From an uncultured cyanobacterium (lineage in GTDB: Bacteria; Cyanobacteriota; Cyanobacteriia; Cyanobacteriales; CAWUOF01), in contig CAVUSO010000001.1 of assembly GCA_963744145.1 (NCBI GenBank), positions 1,376,001 to 1,440,000 on the forward strand: a stretch of 64,000 bases of DNA. Reading direction: 5' to 3'. Each line of letters starts with the position of its first letter. Position 1 is the stretch's first letter. Positions 9,403 through 21,354 of this stretch are shown here, one piece after another. Under the pieces are notes generated by a model. That model saw nothing but the letters and a program-made list of their open reading frames with translations. It did no database searches and had not been told where the DNA came from. A program made the position numbers and the translations under genes.

Positions 9403-10452
9403 ATGACCAAATTGCGAGTAGGACTACTGTTTGGGGGTAGATCGGGGGAACATGAAGTCTCCATTAGTTCAGCTCAAGCGATCGCTCGGGCAATAACTAC
9501 AGATCCAAATGTCGATCGCTATGAGCTTCTACCGTTTTATATCCAAAAAGACGGTGTTTGGCAAGCTTCAGCAGTTGCTCAACAGGTTTTACTCTCGGGT
9601 ATCCCACTGGTTACGGAAGATGTACCACTCAATCTCTGGAAATTTCCACCGGAAACAACCGAGATTGATATTTGGTTTCCCATTTTACATGGTCCGAATG
9701 GGGAAGATGGGACAATTCAGGGACTATTAGCTTTAACTCAAAAACCATTTGTGGGTACAGGAGTTTTAGGATCTGCTCTGGGAATGGATAAATTAGCAAT
9801 GAAAACAGCTTTTGCTCAAGCTGGTTTATCTCAAGTTAAATATATGGGAATAAATCGTAGTCAGGTTTGGTCAGATCCCTGTGTTTTCCCCAAATTATGT
9901 GATGAAATTGAAAGTAAATTAGGTTATCCCTGTTTTGTCAAACCAGCAAATTTAGGTTCATCAGTCGGAATTTCTAAAGTGCGATCGCGTCCGGAATTAG
10001 AAAGAGCATTAGATCAAGCAGCTAGTTACGATCGCAGGTTAATAGTTGAAGCTGGAGTGATCGCTCGGGAAGTTGAATGTGCTGTATTAGGAAATGATCA
10101 TCCTCAAGCATCAGTAGTGGGAGAGATTACTTATAAAAGTGATTTTTATGACTACGAAACTAAGTATACTCAAGGTAAAGCAGACCTATGGATTCCCGCG
10201 CAAATTCCCAGCGAAATTGCTACTCAAATTCAAGCAATATCAATTAAAGCATTTCTCGCGATCGATGCTGCTGGATTAGCAAGAGTAGATTTCTTTTATG
10301 TTGAAGCTACTGGGGAAATTTTGATTAATGAAATCAACACTATTCCTGGTTTTACAGCAACAAGTATGTACCCTCAATTATGGTCAGCTAGTGGTATTTC
10401 CTTTCCAGAATTAGTTCATCAACTCATTCAGTTTGGTTGGGAACGTAAGTAA
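9403..10452 (+). CDS. ddl: D-alanine--D-alanine ligase
   Basis: [40 protein letters not shown]. Confidence 0.96.
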   Translation: MTKLRVGLLFGGRSGEHEVSISSAQAIARAITTDPNVDRYELLPFYIQKDGVWQASAVAQQVLLSGIPLVTEDVPLNLWKFPPETTEIDIWFPILHGPNGEDGTIQGLLALTQKPFVGTGVLGSALGMDKLAMKTAFAQAGLSQVKYMGINRSQVWSDPCVFPKLCDEIESKLGYPCFVKPANLGSSVGISKVRSRPELERALDQAASYDRRLIVEAGVIAREVECAVLGNDHPQASVVGEITYKSDFYDYETKYTQGKADLWIPAQIPSEIATQIQAISIKAFLAIDAAGLARVDFFYVEATGEILINEINTIPGFTATSMYPQLWSASGISFPELVHQLIQFGWERK

Positions 10453-10473
10453 CTTAAAATCATCGAGCCATAA

Positions 10474-11151
10474 ATGCTATTACTCCAATTTAGCACCTCT
10501 CACTATTGTCGGAAAATTAGACTGGTACTGGGTTATAAACGGTTAGATTATCAAGTCCAAAACTTAACTCCAGGTGTACATATATGGAAATTAAAACCAC
10601 TAACCGGGTTAACTACAGTTCCAGTATTACTCCCAGAAATAGCTGGAGAACCAGTCGCGATCGCTGATTCTACAAGAATTTGCCAATATTTAGAAAAACA
10701 TGATCCGACACCAGCATTATTTTTACCAGATCCCCAGCAACAACAAGAAGCATGGTTATGGGAAGATTGGTTAGATGAAAGTATTGGTACAGCGACTCGG
10801 TTTGTTTATTATGATTTTCGAGCAGGAGCTGGAAAACAAATCGATCCCTCGTTATTCAGTCAGGTATTGATTCAAATTGTGCGTCAACAGTATAACATGA
10901 ATAAAGCTACAGTTGAATTAGCAACTATGCGTTTAAATAGAGCTTTAGAATTATTAGGTAGTCGCTGGGAGAAAAAACCCTTTTTAATCAGCGATCGCCC
11001 TAGTGTAGCAGATTTAACCGCTGCCGCTCTCCTGAGTCCCTTAGCCTTAATCCCCCATTATCAGCAAAATTATCCCTGGTTAATGCAAAGGATTGGGGAA
11101 ATACACCAACTTTGTCAAGAACCACTACCACCTGGATTAAATCTTAATTAA
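10474..11151 (+). CDS. Glutathione S-transferase family protein
   Basis: SHYCRKIRL, VPVL, DSTRI (GST N-terminal domain) and SVADL in the C-terminal domain. Confidence 0.85.
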   Translation: MLLLQFSTSHYCRKIRLVLGYKRLDYQVQNLTPGVHIWKLKPLTGLTTVPVLLPEIAGEPVAIADSTRICQYLEKHDPTPALFLPDPQQQQEAWLWEDWLDESIGTATRFVYYDFRAGAGKQIDPSLFSQVLIQIVRQQYNMNKATVELATMRLNRALELLGSRWEKKPFLISDRPSVADLTAAALLSPLALIPHYQQNYPWLMQRIGEIHQLCQEPLPPGLNLN

Positions 11152-11161
11152 TACCGATTGT

Positions 11162-11458
11162 ATGATAAAATACCTAATCTGTATCTATTTAATCATCTTC
11201 AACATGGTGAGAGGAGAACCAGCATGGGGATTACCACCAGCGACAGATATACCAGAAGAAATATTAAGGACAGAAATAATTACCACAGCGCGATCGCCCA
11301 TTGACGGTAAACCTGTGACCCCAGCCGAATATGTCCAATTACAAGCCCAATTAGAAAAAAGCCCATCCAACCCTAAATCACAAGTTAACCCCAAAATTCA
11401 AAACCTAATTTTTTTATTGCGTCTACGTCAAGCAATTCGGACCGTCATCCCCTTCTGA
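11162..11458 (+). CDS. Conserved cyanobacterial-type hypothetical secreted protein
   Basis: Signal-like N-terminus and DIPEEILRTEIITTARSPIDGKP motif. Starts 10 nt after the GST stop. Confidence 0.65.
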   Translation: MIKYLICIYLIIFNMVRGEPAWGLPPATDIPEEILRTEIITTARSPIDGKPVTPAEYVQLQAQLEKSPSNPKSQVNPKIQNLIFLLRLRQAIRTVIPF

Positions 11459-11696
11459 ACTCAAGATGACGCTGTAATTTTGGGGGACAAATTGAGGATT
11501 TGCAAAAAATTTGCCATGATTTATGAAATTTTGTGACTTTAAATGTCTATATTTTTTACATAACTTTAGTTTGAGTACCTCAGCCTCTCCTTAGATAAAC
11601 ATTTGGAATTTAAGCGGCATAGACACATACCCAGTGTTAGCTTTGAGGATAAACTCTTGTGAATAAATTTGGTAAATTCTCTTAGGTAGGTTCCTT

Positions 11697-14006
11697 ATGT
11701 CGATGACCATTGCCCCCGACCAAATAGACCGAATAGTGTGGAATCAGCACGATGATCCCTTCGCCGTCCTTGGCCCACATCCAATTGAACAAGAGGGAAA
11801 GACCACAGGATGGATAGTGCGAACCTACCAACCTTCAGCAGAAGCAGTTTGGGTAGTCTTACCAGATAAACGTCAAGAATACCCAATGCAATCAGTCCAT
11901 AATCCGCACTTTTTTGAATGTGTCCTCGATCTGACCGAACTAGCTAACTACCAATTGCGGTTAAAAGAAGGAAATCAAGAACGGGTCATTAATGATACTT
12001 ATGCTTTTCGTTCTCCGAAACTAACAGACTTCGATGTTCACCTCTTCTCAGAAGGTAATCATCACCGCATTTATGAAAAATTAGGCGCTCATTTAATGGA
12101 ATTAGATGGCGTCAAAGGAGTTTACTTTGCTGTTTGGGCACCTAATGCTCGCAACGCATCCGTGTTGGGAGATTTCAACTATTGGGATGGTCGGAAACAT
12201 CAGATGCGAAAAGGGGGCAATGGCGTCTGGGAACTCTTTATTCCTGATTTAGGTGTGGGCACCCATTATAAATACGAAATTAAAAACATCAATGGACATA
12301 TTTACGAAAAATCTGACCCTTATGGATTTCAACAAGAAGTGCGTCCAAAAACAGCTTCGATCGTCGCTGATTTAGATCAATATGAGTGGCATGATCACAA
12401 CTGGATTGAAGAAAGACGACATCATGATCCTCTCGTTCAACCAGTTTCCATCTATGAGTGTCATTTGGGTTCTTGGTTACACGCAGCTAGTGCTGAACCA
12501 GCTAGACTCCCTAATGGTGAACCTGAACCAGTGGTTCAAGTTTCGGAATTGAATCCTGGGGCTCGTTTTCTGACTTATCGTGAATTAACGACCAAATTGA
12601 TTCCTTATGTCAAGGAGTTAGGATATACCCATATTGAATTGCTGCCGATCGCCGAACATCCATTTGATGGTTCTTGGGGTTATCAGGTCACAGGTTATTA
12701 TGCACCAACCTCGCGCTTTGGTACTCCAGCAGATTTTATGTATTTTGTTGACGAGTGCCATGCGAATGGAATTGGGGTAATCGTGGACTGGGTGCCGGGA
12801 CACTTCCCCAAAGATGGTCATGGTTTGGCTTTCTTTGATGGTACTCATCTTTATGAACACGCAGACCCACGGAAAGGAGAACATAAAGAGTGGGGCACCT
12901 TAGTATTTAACTATAATCGCAACGAAGTCCGGAATTTTTTAGCTGCTAATGCGCTGTTTTGGTTTGATAAATATCATATTGATGGAATGCGGGTAGATGC
13001 AGTTGCGTCGATGATCTATTTGGATTATTGTCGCAAACCTGGAGAATGGGTGACTAATCAATATGGTGGAAGGGAAAATATTGAAGCGGCTGATTTTATC
13101 CGTCAAGTAAATCATTTGATTTTTAGTTATTTTCCGGGCATTTTGTCCATTGCGGAAGAGTCCACATCTTGGCCAATGGTTTCTTGGCCCACTTATGTTG
13201 GTGGTTTAGGCTTCAATTTGAAATGGAATATGGGCTGGATGCACGATATGTTGGATTATTTCCACATGGACCCTTGGTTTCGCCAGTTCCATCAAAATAA
13301 TATTACTTTCAGTATGTGGTACAACCACAGCGAGAATTTTATGCTAGCTCTATCTCACGATGAGATTGTGCATGGCAAGAGTAATATGATTGGTAAGATG
13401 CCCGGAGATGAGTGGCAGAAGTTTGCCAATGTCCGTTGTTTATTTACCTATATGTTTGCCCATCCTGGCAAGAAAACCATGTTTATGAGCATGGAATTTG
13501 CTCAGTGGAGCGAGTGGAATGTGTGGGCAGATTTGGAGTGGCATTTGCTCCAATATGAACGTCATCAAGAGGTGAAGCGGTTTTTTACTGAACTAAATTA
13601 TCTTTATCGTAGTGAACCAACTTTATATACTTTAGATTTCGCTCCAGAAGGATTTGAGTGGATTGATTGCAGTGATAATCGTCACAGTGTTGTTTCTTTT
13701 ATCCGTCGTGCTAAGGATTCTGAGGAATTTGTAGTTGTAGTTTGTAATTTCACTCCTCAACCCCATGCTCATTATCGGGTAGGAGTTCCTGTTGCGGGAT
13801 TTTATACCGAGCTATTTAATAGTGATGCTCGCAAATATGGGGGTAGCAACATGGGGAATTTGGGTGGTAAATGGACTGATGAATGGTGGTTCCATAATCG
13901 TCCCCATTCTCTCGATTTGTGCTTACCTCCTTTAGCGGTGTTGATCTTCAAATTGGATCGGGAAAAAAGTGTCGCTGCATTACCCGCTCAAGTGAATGAA
14001 GATTAA
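11697..14006 (+). CDS. glgB: 1,4-alpha-glucan branching enzyme
   Basis: FAVWAPNA, WGYQ, GMRVDAVASM (catalytic D), AEESTSWP, LSHDE. Confidence 0.97.
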   Translation: MSMTIAPDQIDRIVWNQHDDPFAVLGPHPIEQEGKTTGWIVRTYQPSAEAVWVVLPDKRQEYPMQSVHNPHFFECVLDLTELANYQLRLKEGNQERVINDTYAFRSPKLTDFDVHLFSEGNHHRIYEKLGAHLMELDGVKGVYFAVWAPNARNASVLGDFNYWDGRKHQMRKGGNGVWELFIPDLGVGTHYKYEIKNINGHIYEKSDPYGFQQEVRPKTASIVADLDQYEWHDHNWIEERRHHDPLVQPVSIYECHLGSWLHAASAEPARLPNGEPEPVVQVSELNPGARFLTYRELTTKLIPYVKELGYTHIELLPIAEHPFDGSWGYQVTGYYAPTSRFGTPADFMYFVDECHANGIGVIVDWVPGHFPKDGHGLAFFDGTHLYEHADPRKGEHKEWGTLVFNYNRNEVRNFLAANALFWFDKYHIDGMRVDAVASMIYLDYCRKPGEWVTNQYGGRENIEAADFIRQVNHLIFSYFPGILSIAEESTSWPMVSWPTYVGGLGFNLKWNMGWMHDMLDYFHMDPWFRQFHQNNITFSMWYNHSENFMLALSHDEIVHGKSNMIGKMPGDEWQKFANVRCLFTYMFAHPGKKTMFMSMEFAQWSEWNVWADLEWHLLQYERHQEVKRFFTELNYLYRSEPTLYTLDFAPEGFEWIDCSDNRHSVVSFIRRAKDSEEFVVVVCNFTPQPHAHYRVGVPVAGFYTELFNSDARKYGGSNMGNLGGKWTDEWWFHNRPHSLDLCLPPLAVLIFKLDREKSVAALPAQVNED

Positions 14007-14010
14007 ATAG

Positions 14011-14146
14011 CAATACGATTCAGTTAAGTGTAGGGGTGAAGCATTCGGACGACAATTGAACAATCAAGGTTTACCCTGAGCGTTCCCTGAGCGTAGTCGA
14101 AGGGTAGTCGAAGGGCAGTAATATTAGATCCAAATGCTTCACCCTT
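14011..14146 (+). mobile_element. Truncated family-A MITE containing a nested pair of 20-22-nt small repeats
   Basis: Left TIR CAATACGATTCAGTTAAG and the inner GTAGGGGTGAAGCATTCGG...ATGCTTCACCC hairpin are present; the right TIR is absent. The loop holds CCCTGAGCG[TTCCCTGAGCGTAGTCGAAGGG]TAGTCGAAGGG at 14074-14115. Confidence 0.8.
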
Positions 14147-14156
14147 GTTCTGCGCT

Positions 14157-14837
14157 TTAGTTGCAGTGGTGACGGACCCAATCCCGAACTAAGCGAATAA
14201 CTGCATTTTCATTCATAGTTTGACGCTGCTGTAAAAACTGATTTAAAATCTCAGCAGTTATGATGGGAAAAGCCCCACTAACTGCCGATTCCTGATAAGT
14301 TCGATTTTTTCCCACACCCTGCAACAAATAAACTTTCAAACCTGGTTTTTTCGTATAACACCACACCTCCGGAATACCTAAAGACTGATAAATATCAATT
14401 CTCCGAGTCGAAGGACTAGTAATATCAACTTCAATCACTAAATCAGGTGGTAAATTCTCTGGAATTTCCGGGTCTAAACCTGCTAATAAATCCGCATTTT
14501 GGATATAAAAACAAGTATCAGGTTCTACTCCTTGTGCTAAATCTTCTCTTTCCCAGGTAGTAGAACCCAAATCAATCACATTCAAACTCAGTTCTTCTGT
14601 CAACGTTGTTACAATTCTAGCCAACAACCGATTAATAATTTCATGTAATTTTGAAGGTATCTTAATTTGTAATATTCCTTGATGATAAGTCAACCGCGAC
14701 GATCGATGATTTCCCAGCTCTGTAAGTAAGGCTTTAAAAGTCTGCCAACTCACCTGATCAAGCACAATATCTTGGGTTACTTTTCCTTGAAAATCATCCA
14801 TTTCTAATTCGCTGACTTGAGTAGAAATCTGCACCAT
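14157..14837 (-). CDS. Uma2 family (PD-(D/E)xK-like) endonuclease
   Basis: VSWQTF, HEIINRLL, EPDTCFYI, PPDLVIEVDITS, YQSLGIPEVW. Confidence 0.88.
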   Translation of the reverse strand: MVQISTQVSELEMDDFQGKVTQDIVLDQVSWQTFKALLTELGNHRSSRLTYHQGILQIKIPSKLHEIINRLLARIVTTLTEELSLNVIDLGSTTWEREDLAQGVEPDTCFYIQNADLLAGLDPEIPENLPPDLVIEVDITSPSTRRIDIYQSLGIPEVWCYTKKPGLKVYLLQGVGKNRTYQESAVSGAFPIITAEILNQFLQQRQTMNENAVIRLVRDWVRHHCN

Positions 14838-17800
14838 TTAAACTCCTAAATGCTGTTCGATTAATTGGGCGATCGCACTATCATTAAAATCTTCTGTCAG
14901 TTCTAGAAGATGAGAACCAAAGGTATGATAGCGATCGTCTGTTGTCATCAAAGACCTTACTGCTTCCTCAATTGCCATAATATCCCCAATTTTAGCCAAC
15001 TTGAGAAGTTTTTTTAGTTCTGGTGTGGGTAGGGTGGTTTGCTCCACATCTTTCTTGGTTGGTACAGAAGCGTTTAACCCCTCATAAATCCACTCCAATT
15101 GCAGATATTTTTGCAAACTAGCTAACAACTCCTCGAAGTTAATCGGTTTGTGCAGAAAATCGTTGCAACCTGCTTCCAAACTCATCACTTGGTTTTGTTC
15201 GAGAACGCTCGCGGAAGAAGCAATAATAATAGTACGTTGAAAATCTGGCAATTTTCGCAATTGTCGCACCATCTCAAAGCCATCTAAAATTGGCATTACT
15301 AAATCCGTAATTATTAAATCTGGTGGAAAATTCTGTGCTTGCTGTAAACCTTCTATTCCATTGCGTGCTTCTCGACATTCAAATCCCACGGAGGTTAACA
15401 TTTCTAGTAAGACTTGTTGGTTTACCAATTTATCATCGACAATTAAGAGCTGACGTTTTGCACCTTGATAACCAATAATTTTCCTTTGCTTGCTTCCAGT
15501 TGTTTGCCAATCTGTGGCAATAGGAATTTTAATATCAAAGAAAAAGGTACTACCTTGTCCGAGTTGACTGATGACTTGAATCTCACCCCCCATCAGATTG
15601 ATAATTGTTCCAGAAATCGCCAACCCTAAACCAGTTCCCTCGATTTGTCGGGACTTATCACCAACTTGCTCAAAAGGTAAGAAGACTTTTGCTAAGTGTT
15701 CGGAGTTGATACCAATACCTGTATCGCTTACGGCAAAATATACTGTAGCGGTATTATTAGAGTTAGCATCATTTGCCCATCGTTCTACCGTAAAAGTTAC
15801 ACTGCCGCGATCGGTGAATTTGATGGCATTACTTAACAGATTCAGCAACACTTGGCGCAGACGTTTTTCATCAACTATTACTGCTGAAGGTAAGTTTGGG
15901 TCTACTATAAAATTGAAAAGAATATTTTTAGCTTCTGCTTGAATCCGCGACATCTCTGTGACTCCCAATAAAAATGAAGAGAAGTTGATGGGTTGAGGAT
16001 TTAATTCTAGTTTGCAAGCTTCGATTTTGGACAGATCAAGAATATCATTAATCAGATTGAGTAAGTGGGTGCCAGATTCCTTAATTATTTTCACCCCATG
16101 ACGTTGAGTGTTGAGGTCTTTAGCGCGTTCCATAATCTGTGCGTAGCCAAGAATACCATTGAGGGGAGTGCGTAACTCATGGCTCATATTAGCAAGAAAT
16201 TCACTTTTAGCTTGGTTAGCTGATTCCGCCGCAGCTTTAGCTTGATTTAATTCTTGGGTGCGTTCTTCTACTTTTTGTTCTAAGTTACGGTAGAGGGTGG
16301 CATTTTCGATCGCGATCGCTACTTGAGCTGTTAATAGTTTGAGAATTTCTTGGTGACGCTTGGTAAATGCGGCGATAGTTTGACTATTTTCTAAATAGAG
16401 AATTCCGATCATCGTATTTTGTTTGAGGATTGGCAAACACAAGATACTTTTTGGTTGTTGAATTTGAATATAGCGATCGCTACTCCAGCGCTCAATTTGG
16501 GTAATATCATCAAAAACTAAAGTTTCTGTAGTTTTGCGAACATAACGAATTAGACAAACCGGTACATCGGAACTGGTTTCTAGGGATTGTTTAAGGGAAG
16601 AGGGAGTAGCAGTTGCTCCCCCATCTTCCCTACTCCCTTGTTCTGAGGTAGCTAGAGCTTCTACTCTCCAATCAGAACCTGTCGGTAAAATTAACGCACA
16701 TTTAGTCGCTCCTGCATTTTCCATTAAAATTGCCACTAGGTTAGCAATCAGTTGGTCGTGTTGGAGTTCGCTGGAGATAGCTTGACAGACTTTGAAAATG
16801 CTAGCTACATCAAGGATTTTAGAGTCACTGGTACTGCTACTAATGGTAGAAATACCAGGAATTATCAGGGGACTTTCCGAAACATTAATAATTGTTTTCT
16901 GTTCTATTTGAGTCTGGGGTAAAATTGCTTCCAATAATTTATAATAGTGTTGTTTGAGATCATTAATTTTAGCGTTTGCTCCCCATTTTTCATAACAACA
17001 ATAGGCGTTAGTAATATAGTTAATCGCTAGATTTTGTTTGTCACAGTTTAGATAAAATTTAGCAGCTAATTCGTTCGCAATAGCTTCTTCTTGCACATAT
17101 CCGTTTTGTTTAGCTTCTGCGATCGCGCGATCGTATAGTAGACTGGCTAAAGCTTTATTTGCTAACACCCGATTCAACTCTGCTTCTACTAGAAAATATT
17201 TGTGCAGAAAATTTTCAGGACAGTGATCTGACCAAATCTTTAACTGCTGCTGATTGGTGCGAATTTTTTCAATCATTTCACTCTGGTTTTCCTGGGATAA
17301 ACCAGAGTATAGATTGACCATAATCAAAGAACCATAATAATAATAACCACTATAGGTCGTAAATCCTAGAAGAGCATTCAACATCTTTTCTGCTTTTTCA
17401 GTATAAATCAATCCTTCTGCAAAATCTGCTGTTAAGCAAGAAATGTGCATTCTCAGAATATAATAAGGAACAAGACCCATCCCTACTTGGGATCTTTCAC
17501 TTTGATCAATAATCTCTTCTATGTGAACAATTGAATTTTCTATATCTTCATCTAGTGATAATTTTTTCACAAAAAATTCCGCTCCAGCTAGGGATGTCCG
17601 GAGAACGCTATCCTGGATTTTTCTTGAAGCTATTTGATATTTTTTTATATCTTCCAGAATTGACAATAAATTTTCTCCTTGAAACAGACGATTAAAAACA
17701 TTTCCAAATAAATTATAAGCAGCAAATAGAATTTCTCCTGCTTCAATTCCTACCAAAAAACTGTCATAATTAATAGCAGCTGCTCCCGCAATAGGTTTAG

Positions 17801-20800
17801 CCCAAACATGAATCCACGATCCTAGTAATAATCCAGCTTTACACTGTTGAGATTTACTATTTAATTTATGACTTAGTTGGATGGCAAATTCGGCAAATTC
17901 ATATCCCCGTTGATATTCTTGTTTAAATAATCCTAACAGCAATCCATAGTTAGCATAGGCTTTGATTGATTCAGGAATATTACCATTTTCAATAGAAAGA
18001 TGAACAGCTTTTAAGGAAAAGAAAGTATAAAGCTGAATATTGCAATTAACATAAACACCTGGTTCTAGAGCAATTACAAGTTTTACGATCGCTTTAATTT
18101 TAGGATTGGTAATGCTAGGTAAATCAAGTAAAGAATTAATGGAACGATTTTGTAAATGTTTGGCGATCGCCGCAAATTCTTGATTTATTAATTGTTCAAT
18201 CGGCTCTTTTTCCAGGTAAATTCCTAGGGGATTTAAAGCGGATTTTCCCACTTCATTTAATTCTTTAAACCTACCTTGAAGTGTATATTGAAATATTTGG
18301 AGTACATAAATATCTGCCCGATCTATGGGGGAAGTAATATGTTCTAAAGCTAAATTACATATAGTTTCTAGCTCCTCAAATTTACTATCGCTCAATAATG
18401 ATTCTGCTAGATTAAGATAGAGATTAAAACTCAAATCATATTGATCTTTCCAGGCATTTTGTTCGAGTAAATCGATCGCAATATTTGAATAATTAACAGA
18501 TGCTTCGTAAGCTGTAGATGCTTTAGCTTTTTTTGCGGCAATTAGATAGAGGTTGGCTAATTTTTCTTTATCTGCTTTTTCGGTAATTAAAGATTGACCA
18601 AAATTCAGATGATTCACAATATCAAATAATTTTTCATTTCGCTCTGACTCAGACAATTTTTCTAGCAAAAGTTGACCAATATGATAATGAGTTAATTGTT
18701 TCTGCTCTTCGTTCATCAATAAATAAGCTGCTTGTTGAACCCGATCGTGTAAAAAGCGATAAACCACATTTCCATGAATATCTAAATTAGTAGTTTTTTC
18801 ATCATTTCCTACATATAATTTATAAACGTCATTCTGAGGAATTATTAACCCTTCCTGAAGTGGTTTCCACAATAAATCCGCCACTTCTAATTCGGAACAT
18901 TCTGAAACAATTGCTAAGATATGTAGATCGAATTGATTACCAATACAAGCTGCAAGTTTGAGAATATTTTGGCTAGCTGCTGGGTACTTCTGTAGTTGGG
19001 TTGCCATAAACTCTACTACATCATTAGAAATTGTTAATCTCTTAATTTCACTAAAATTACACTGCCAAATTCCTGTGTTTAAATCAAATTTAATTACGCC
19101 ATCCTTATAGAGTCCATTGATAAACTGTGTGGTAAAAAAAGGATTGCCTTTAGTTCTTTTTTTAATTAACCTTGTGATGGGATAAGTTTGCTCAATATCA
19201 CAGCATAAAGCATCAGATACTAATCGGTTTGTATCCTGAAAATTTAGGGGTTTAAGAGTAATTGTATTCACATTTTTATCAGCCTTTTTTAATTCCTCTA
19301 AGGTCAATATGAATGGATGAATTGGCGAAACTTCATTATCTCTATAAGCACCCAACAAAAGCAGATATTGTCGATTTTCCATCAGTAACTTAACTAAATT
19401 TAAAGAAGCAGAATCTGCCCATTGTAAGTCATCTAGAAATATTACCAATGGGTGTTCTTGATTACTAAAAATAGAAAGAAATTTTTGGAATAATAAGTTA
19501 AAGCGATTTTGAGCGGCTGTTCCTGATAGCTCTGGTGCTGGTGGTTGTTTTCCAATGATTCGTTCTAGTTTAGGGATTAAGTCAATCAAAACTTGTCCAT
19601 TTTCTCCTAAAGCGATCAGGATTTTATTTCTTAATTGTTCTAATTCTCGATCCGATTCAGATAATATTTGCTCTACTAAATCTCCTAATGCTTGGACAAA
19701 AGCACTAAAGGGGACATTACGATTAAATTGGTCAAATTTCCCTTTAATAAAATATCCTTTCTGACGGGTAATTGGTTTGTGAACTTCATTGACTACGGAG
19801 GTTTTTCCGATTCCTGAAAACCCAGCTACTAACATCATTTCTGTATTACCATTAGCTACTCTCTCAAATGCAGTTAAAAGTGTTTTGACTTCTTCTTCTC
19901 TTCCGTACAATTTTTCAGGGATTAAAAATCTGTCGGATCTATCCCTTTGAGCGATGGGAAATTTCTGGATTTCTCCTGTTGCTTTTAACTGGTTTAAACA
20001 AACTTCTAAATCGTATTTTAATCCCAAAGCACTCTGATAACGTTCCTCGGCATTTTTAGCTATTAATTTATCTACAATCTCTGCTATTACTACGGGAATT
20101 TTTAAATCGATACTATTTACCTTTGGTGGTTTTTGTGCTAAATGACAATGCAATAATTCTATAGCATCTTCTGCGTAATATGGTAATTTTCCTGTTAATA
20201 ATTGAAAAAATGTTATGCCCAGAGAATAAAAATCACTTCGGTAATCAATTCCTCTATTCATCCTACCAGTTTGTTCTGGAGAAATATAAGCTAATGTTCC
20301 CTCTAATATATTGGGATTCTGGATTTCTTGTGTTTCCCTTGGCAAAAGAGAAGCTATCCCAAAATCAATTAGTTTAATTTGTTTATTTTCTGGATTGATT
20401 AAAATATTGGCAGGTTTGATATCCTTGTGAATAATATAATTTTGATAGAGATAATGAAGTATTTCTGTCAGATTAATAGCAATATTTAGAAATTCCTCTA
20501 AAGGTAAGCATGGGTATAGGTGATTTCCCGATGTAAATGTTTGCAAATAAGTAGATAAGGATACACCACCAAAATCTTCCATTACTAAAGCATAACTGTT
20601 AGAGTAAGGTTCAAGATTATAGGATTTGACAATTAATGGCGAGAGAAGATTTTTAGTGATAGTGTACTGGTTATGGAATTTAATTATATCATAAGAAGTC
20701 GCATCGGTTGTGCATAAGGTTTTAATCGCTACAGGTTGATTGTCACTAACTCGGATACCCCGATAGACTATTGTACGTTTACCTGTGTAGATTTCCTTGG

Positions 20801-20837
20801 TAATTTCATAACCTGGTAAATCAGCAATAAGATTCAT
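14838..20837 (-). CDS. Giant hybrid kinase: Ser/Thr kinase - AAA ATPase - helical region - GAF - His kinase - receiver (HstK-type)
   Basis: HKDIKP and [11 protein letters not shown] and [11 protein letters not shown] (SILCLPI...GILYLEN); H-box [10 protein letters not shown] and G boxes; receiver VDD...TDLVMP...KP. Confidence 0.92.
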   Translation of the reverse strand: MNLIADLPGYEITKEIYTGKRTIVYRGIRVSDNQPVAIKTLCTTDATSYDIIKFHNQYTITKNLLSPLIVKSYNLEPYSNSYALVMEDFGGVSLSTYLQTFTSGNHLYPCLPLEEFLNIAINLTEILHYLYQNYIIHKDIKPANILINPENKQIKLIDFGIASLLPRETQEIQNPNILEGTLAYISPEQTGRMNRGIDYRSDFYSLGITFFQLLTGKLPYYAEDAIELLHCHLAQKPPKVNSIDLKIPVVIAEIVDKLIAKNAEERYQSALGLKYDLEVCLNQLKATGEIQKFPIAQRDRSDRFLIPEKLYGREEEVKTLLTAFERVANGNTEMMLVAGFSGIGKTSVVNEVHKPITRQKGYFIKGKFDQFNRNVPFSAFVQALGDLVEQILSESDRELEQLRNKILIALGENGQVLIDLIPKLERIIGKQPPAPELSGTAAQNRFNLLFQKFLSIFSNQEHPLVIFLDDLQWADSASLNLVKLLMENRQYLLLLGAYRDNEVSPIHPFILTLEELKKADKNVNTITLKPLNFQDTNRLVSDALCCDIEQTYPITRLIKKRTKGNPFFTTQFINGLYKDGVIKFDLNTGIWQCNFSEIKRLTISNDVVEFMATQLQKYPAASQNILKLAACIGNQFDLHILAIVSECSELEVADLLWKPLQEGLIIPQNDVYKLYVGNDEKTTNLDIHGNVVYRFLHDRVQQAAYLLMNEEQKQLTHYHIGQLLLEKLSESERNEKLFDIVNHLNFGQSLITEKADKEKLANLYLIAAKKAKASTAYEASVNYSNIAIDLLEQNAWKDQYDLSFNLYLNLAESLLSDSKFEELETICNLALEHITSPIDRADIYVLQIFQYTLQGRFKELNEVGKSALNPLGIYLEKEPIEQLINQEFAAIAKHLQNRSINSLLDLPSITNPKIKAIVKLVIALEPGVYVNCNIQLYTFFSLKAVHLSIENGNIPESIKAYANYGLLLGLFKQEYQRGYEFAEFAIQLSHKLNSKSQQCKAGLLLGSWIHVWAKPIAGAAAINYDSFLVGIEAGEILFAAYNLFGNVFNRLFQGENLLSILEDIKKYQIASRKIQDSVLRTSLAGAEFFVKKLSLDEDIENSIVHIEEIIDQSERSQVGMGLVPYYILRMHISCLTADFAEGLIYTEKAEKMLNALLGFTTYSGYYYYGSLIMVNLYSGLSQENQSEMIEKIRTNQQQLKIWSDHCPENFLHKYFLVEAELNRVLANKALASLLYDRAIAEAKQNGYVQEEAIANELAAKFYLNCDKQNLAINYITNAYCCYEKWGANAKINDLKQHYYKLLEAILPQTQIEQKTIINVSESPLIIPGISTISSSTSDSKILDVASIFKVCQAISSELQHDQLIANLVAILMENAGATKCALILPTGSDWRVEALATSEQGSREDGGATATPSSLKQSLETSSDVPVCLIRYVRKTTETLVFDDITQIERWSSDRYIQIQQPKSILCLPILKQNTMIGILYLENSQTIAAFTKRHQEILKLLTAQVAIAIENATLYRNLEQKVEERTQELNQAKAAAESANQAKSEFLANMSHELRTPLNGILGYAQIMERAKDLNTQRHGVKIIKESGTHLLNLINDILDLSKIEACKLELNPQPINFSSFLLGVTEMSRIQAEAKNILFNFIVDPNLPSAVIVDEKRLRQVLLNLLSNAIKFTDRGSVTFTVERWANDANSNNTATVYFAVSDTGIGINSEHLAKVFLPFEQVGDKSRQIEGTGLGLAISGTIINLMGGEIQVISQLGQGSTFFFDIKIPIATDWQTTGSKQRKIIGYQGAKRQLLIVDDKLVNQQVLLEMLTSVGFECREARNGIEGLQQAQNFPPDLIITDLVMPILDGFEMVRQLRKLPDFQRTIIIASSASVLEQNQVMSLEAGCNDFLHKPINFEELLASLQKYLQLEWIYEGLNASVPTKKDVEQTTLPTPELKKLLKLAKIGDIMAIEEAVRSLMTTDDRYHTFGSHLLELTEDFNDSAIAQLIEQHLGV

Positions 20838-20889
20838 GTTTATTTACTCCTATTTGGGAAATGGCTGGTAGGGTGATTACAAGTATCGA

Positions 20890-21159
20890 CCTAACCCCCC
20901 AACCCCCTTCCCTACAAGGGAATGGGGAGTAATTAAGATTATTAATTTATTTGAGATTTAATCGGAGTCATTTCAATACGGTTCGGTTAATTGTAGGGGT
21001 GAAGCATTCGGGCGATAATTTATCAGCTCAAACGAGTAATATTAGATCCGAATGCTTCACCCTTCTGCCGTCGATATCTCCCAAAATATCCTTAAACGAA
21101 CCGTATGGGGAGTCATTTTGCTCCCCTTTCCTCTTAGGAGAGGGGTTGGGGGAGAGGTC
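20890..21159. repeat. Inverted pair of GC-rich REP-like hairpins enclosing a MITE
   Basis: CCTAACCCCCCAACCCCCTTCCCTACAAGGGAATGGGGAG (20890-20929) and CTCCCCTTTCCTCTTAGGAGAGGGGTTGGGGGAGAGGTC (21121-21159). Confidence 0.7.
20974..21108 (+). mobile_element. 135-bp family-A MITE with 10-bp TSD
   Basis: Same TIRs and body as 2803-2937. Direct repeat GGAGTCATTT at 20964-20973 and 21109-21118. Confidence 0.9.
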
Positions 21160-21196
21160 TTCTGCTAGAACGAAACAGCCATGGGGTGCCAAAGGG

Positions 21197-21280
21197 ATGA
21201 TAGCGATCGCCCCTGGTCATCAAACACCTTAGTGCTTCCTCAATTGCCATCATATCCCAATCTTAGCTAACTTGAGAAGT
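21197..21280 (-). pseudogene. Relic of the 3' region of a giant hybrid kinase gene
   Basis: Aligns by eye to 14925-15009 with substitutions and an indel. Confidence 0.7.
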
Positions 21281-21354
21281 GTCCAAGTCAAATATGGGTT
21301 CAGCTTGATTTAGATGGTTATCTGATCCTGAAATGGCTCGAAAAGAAAGATTAA

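Noticed and set aside
20951..21232. 93-aa plus-strand ORF
   Set aside because: Made of MITE, REP and kinase-relic sequence.
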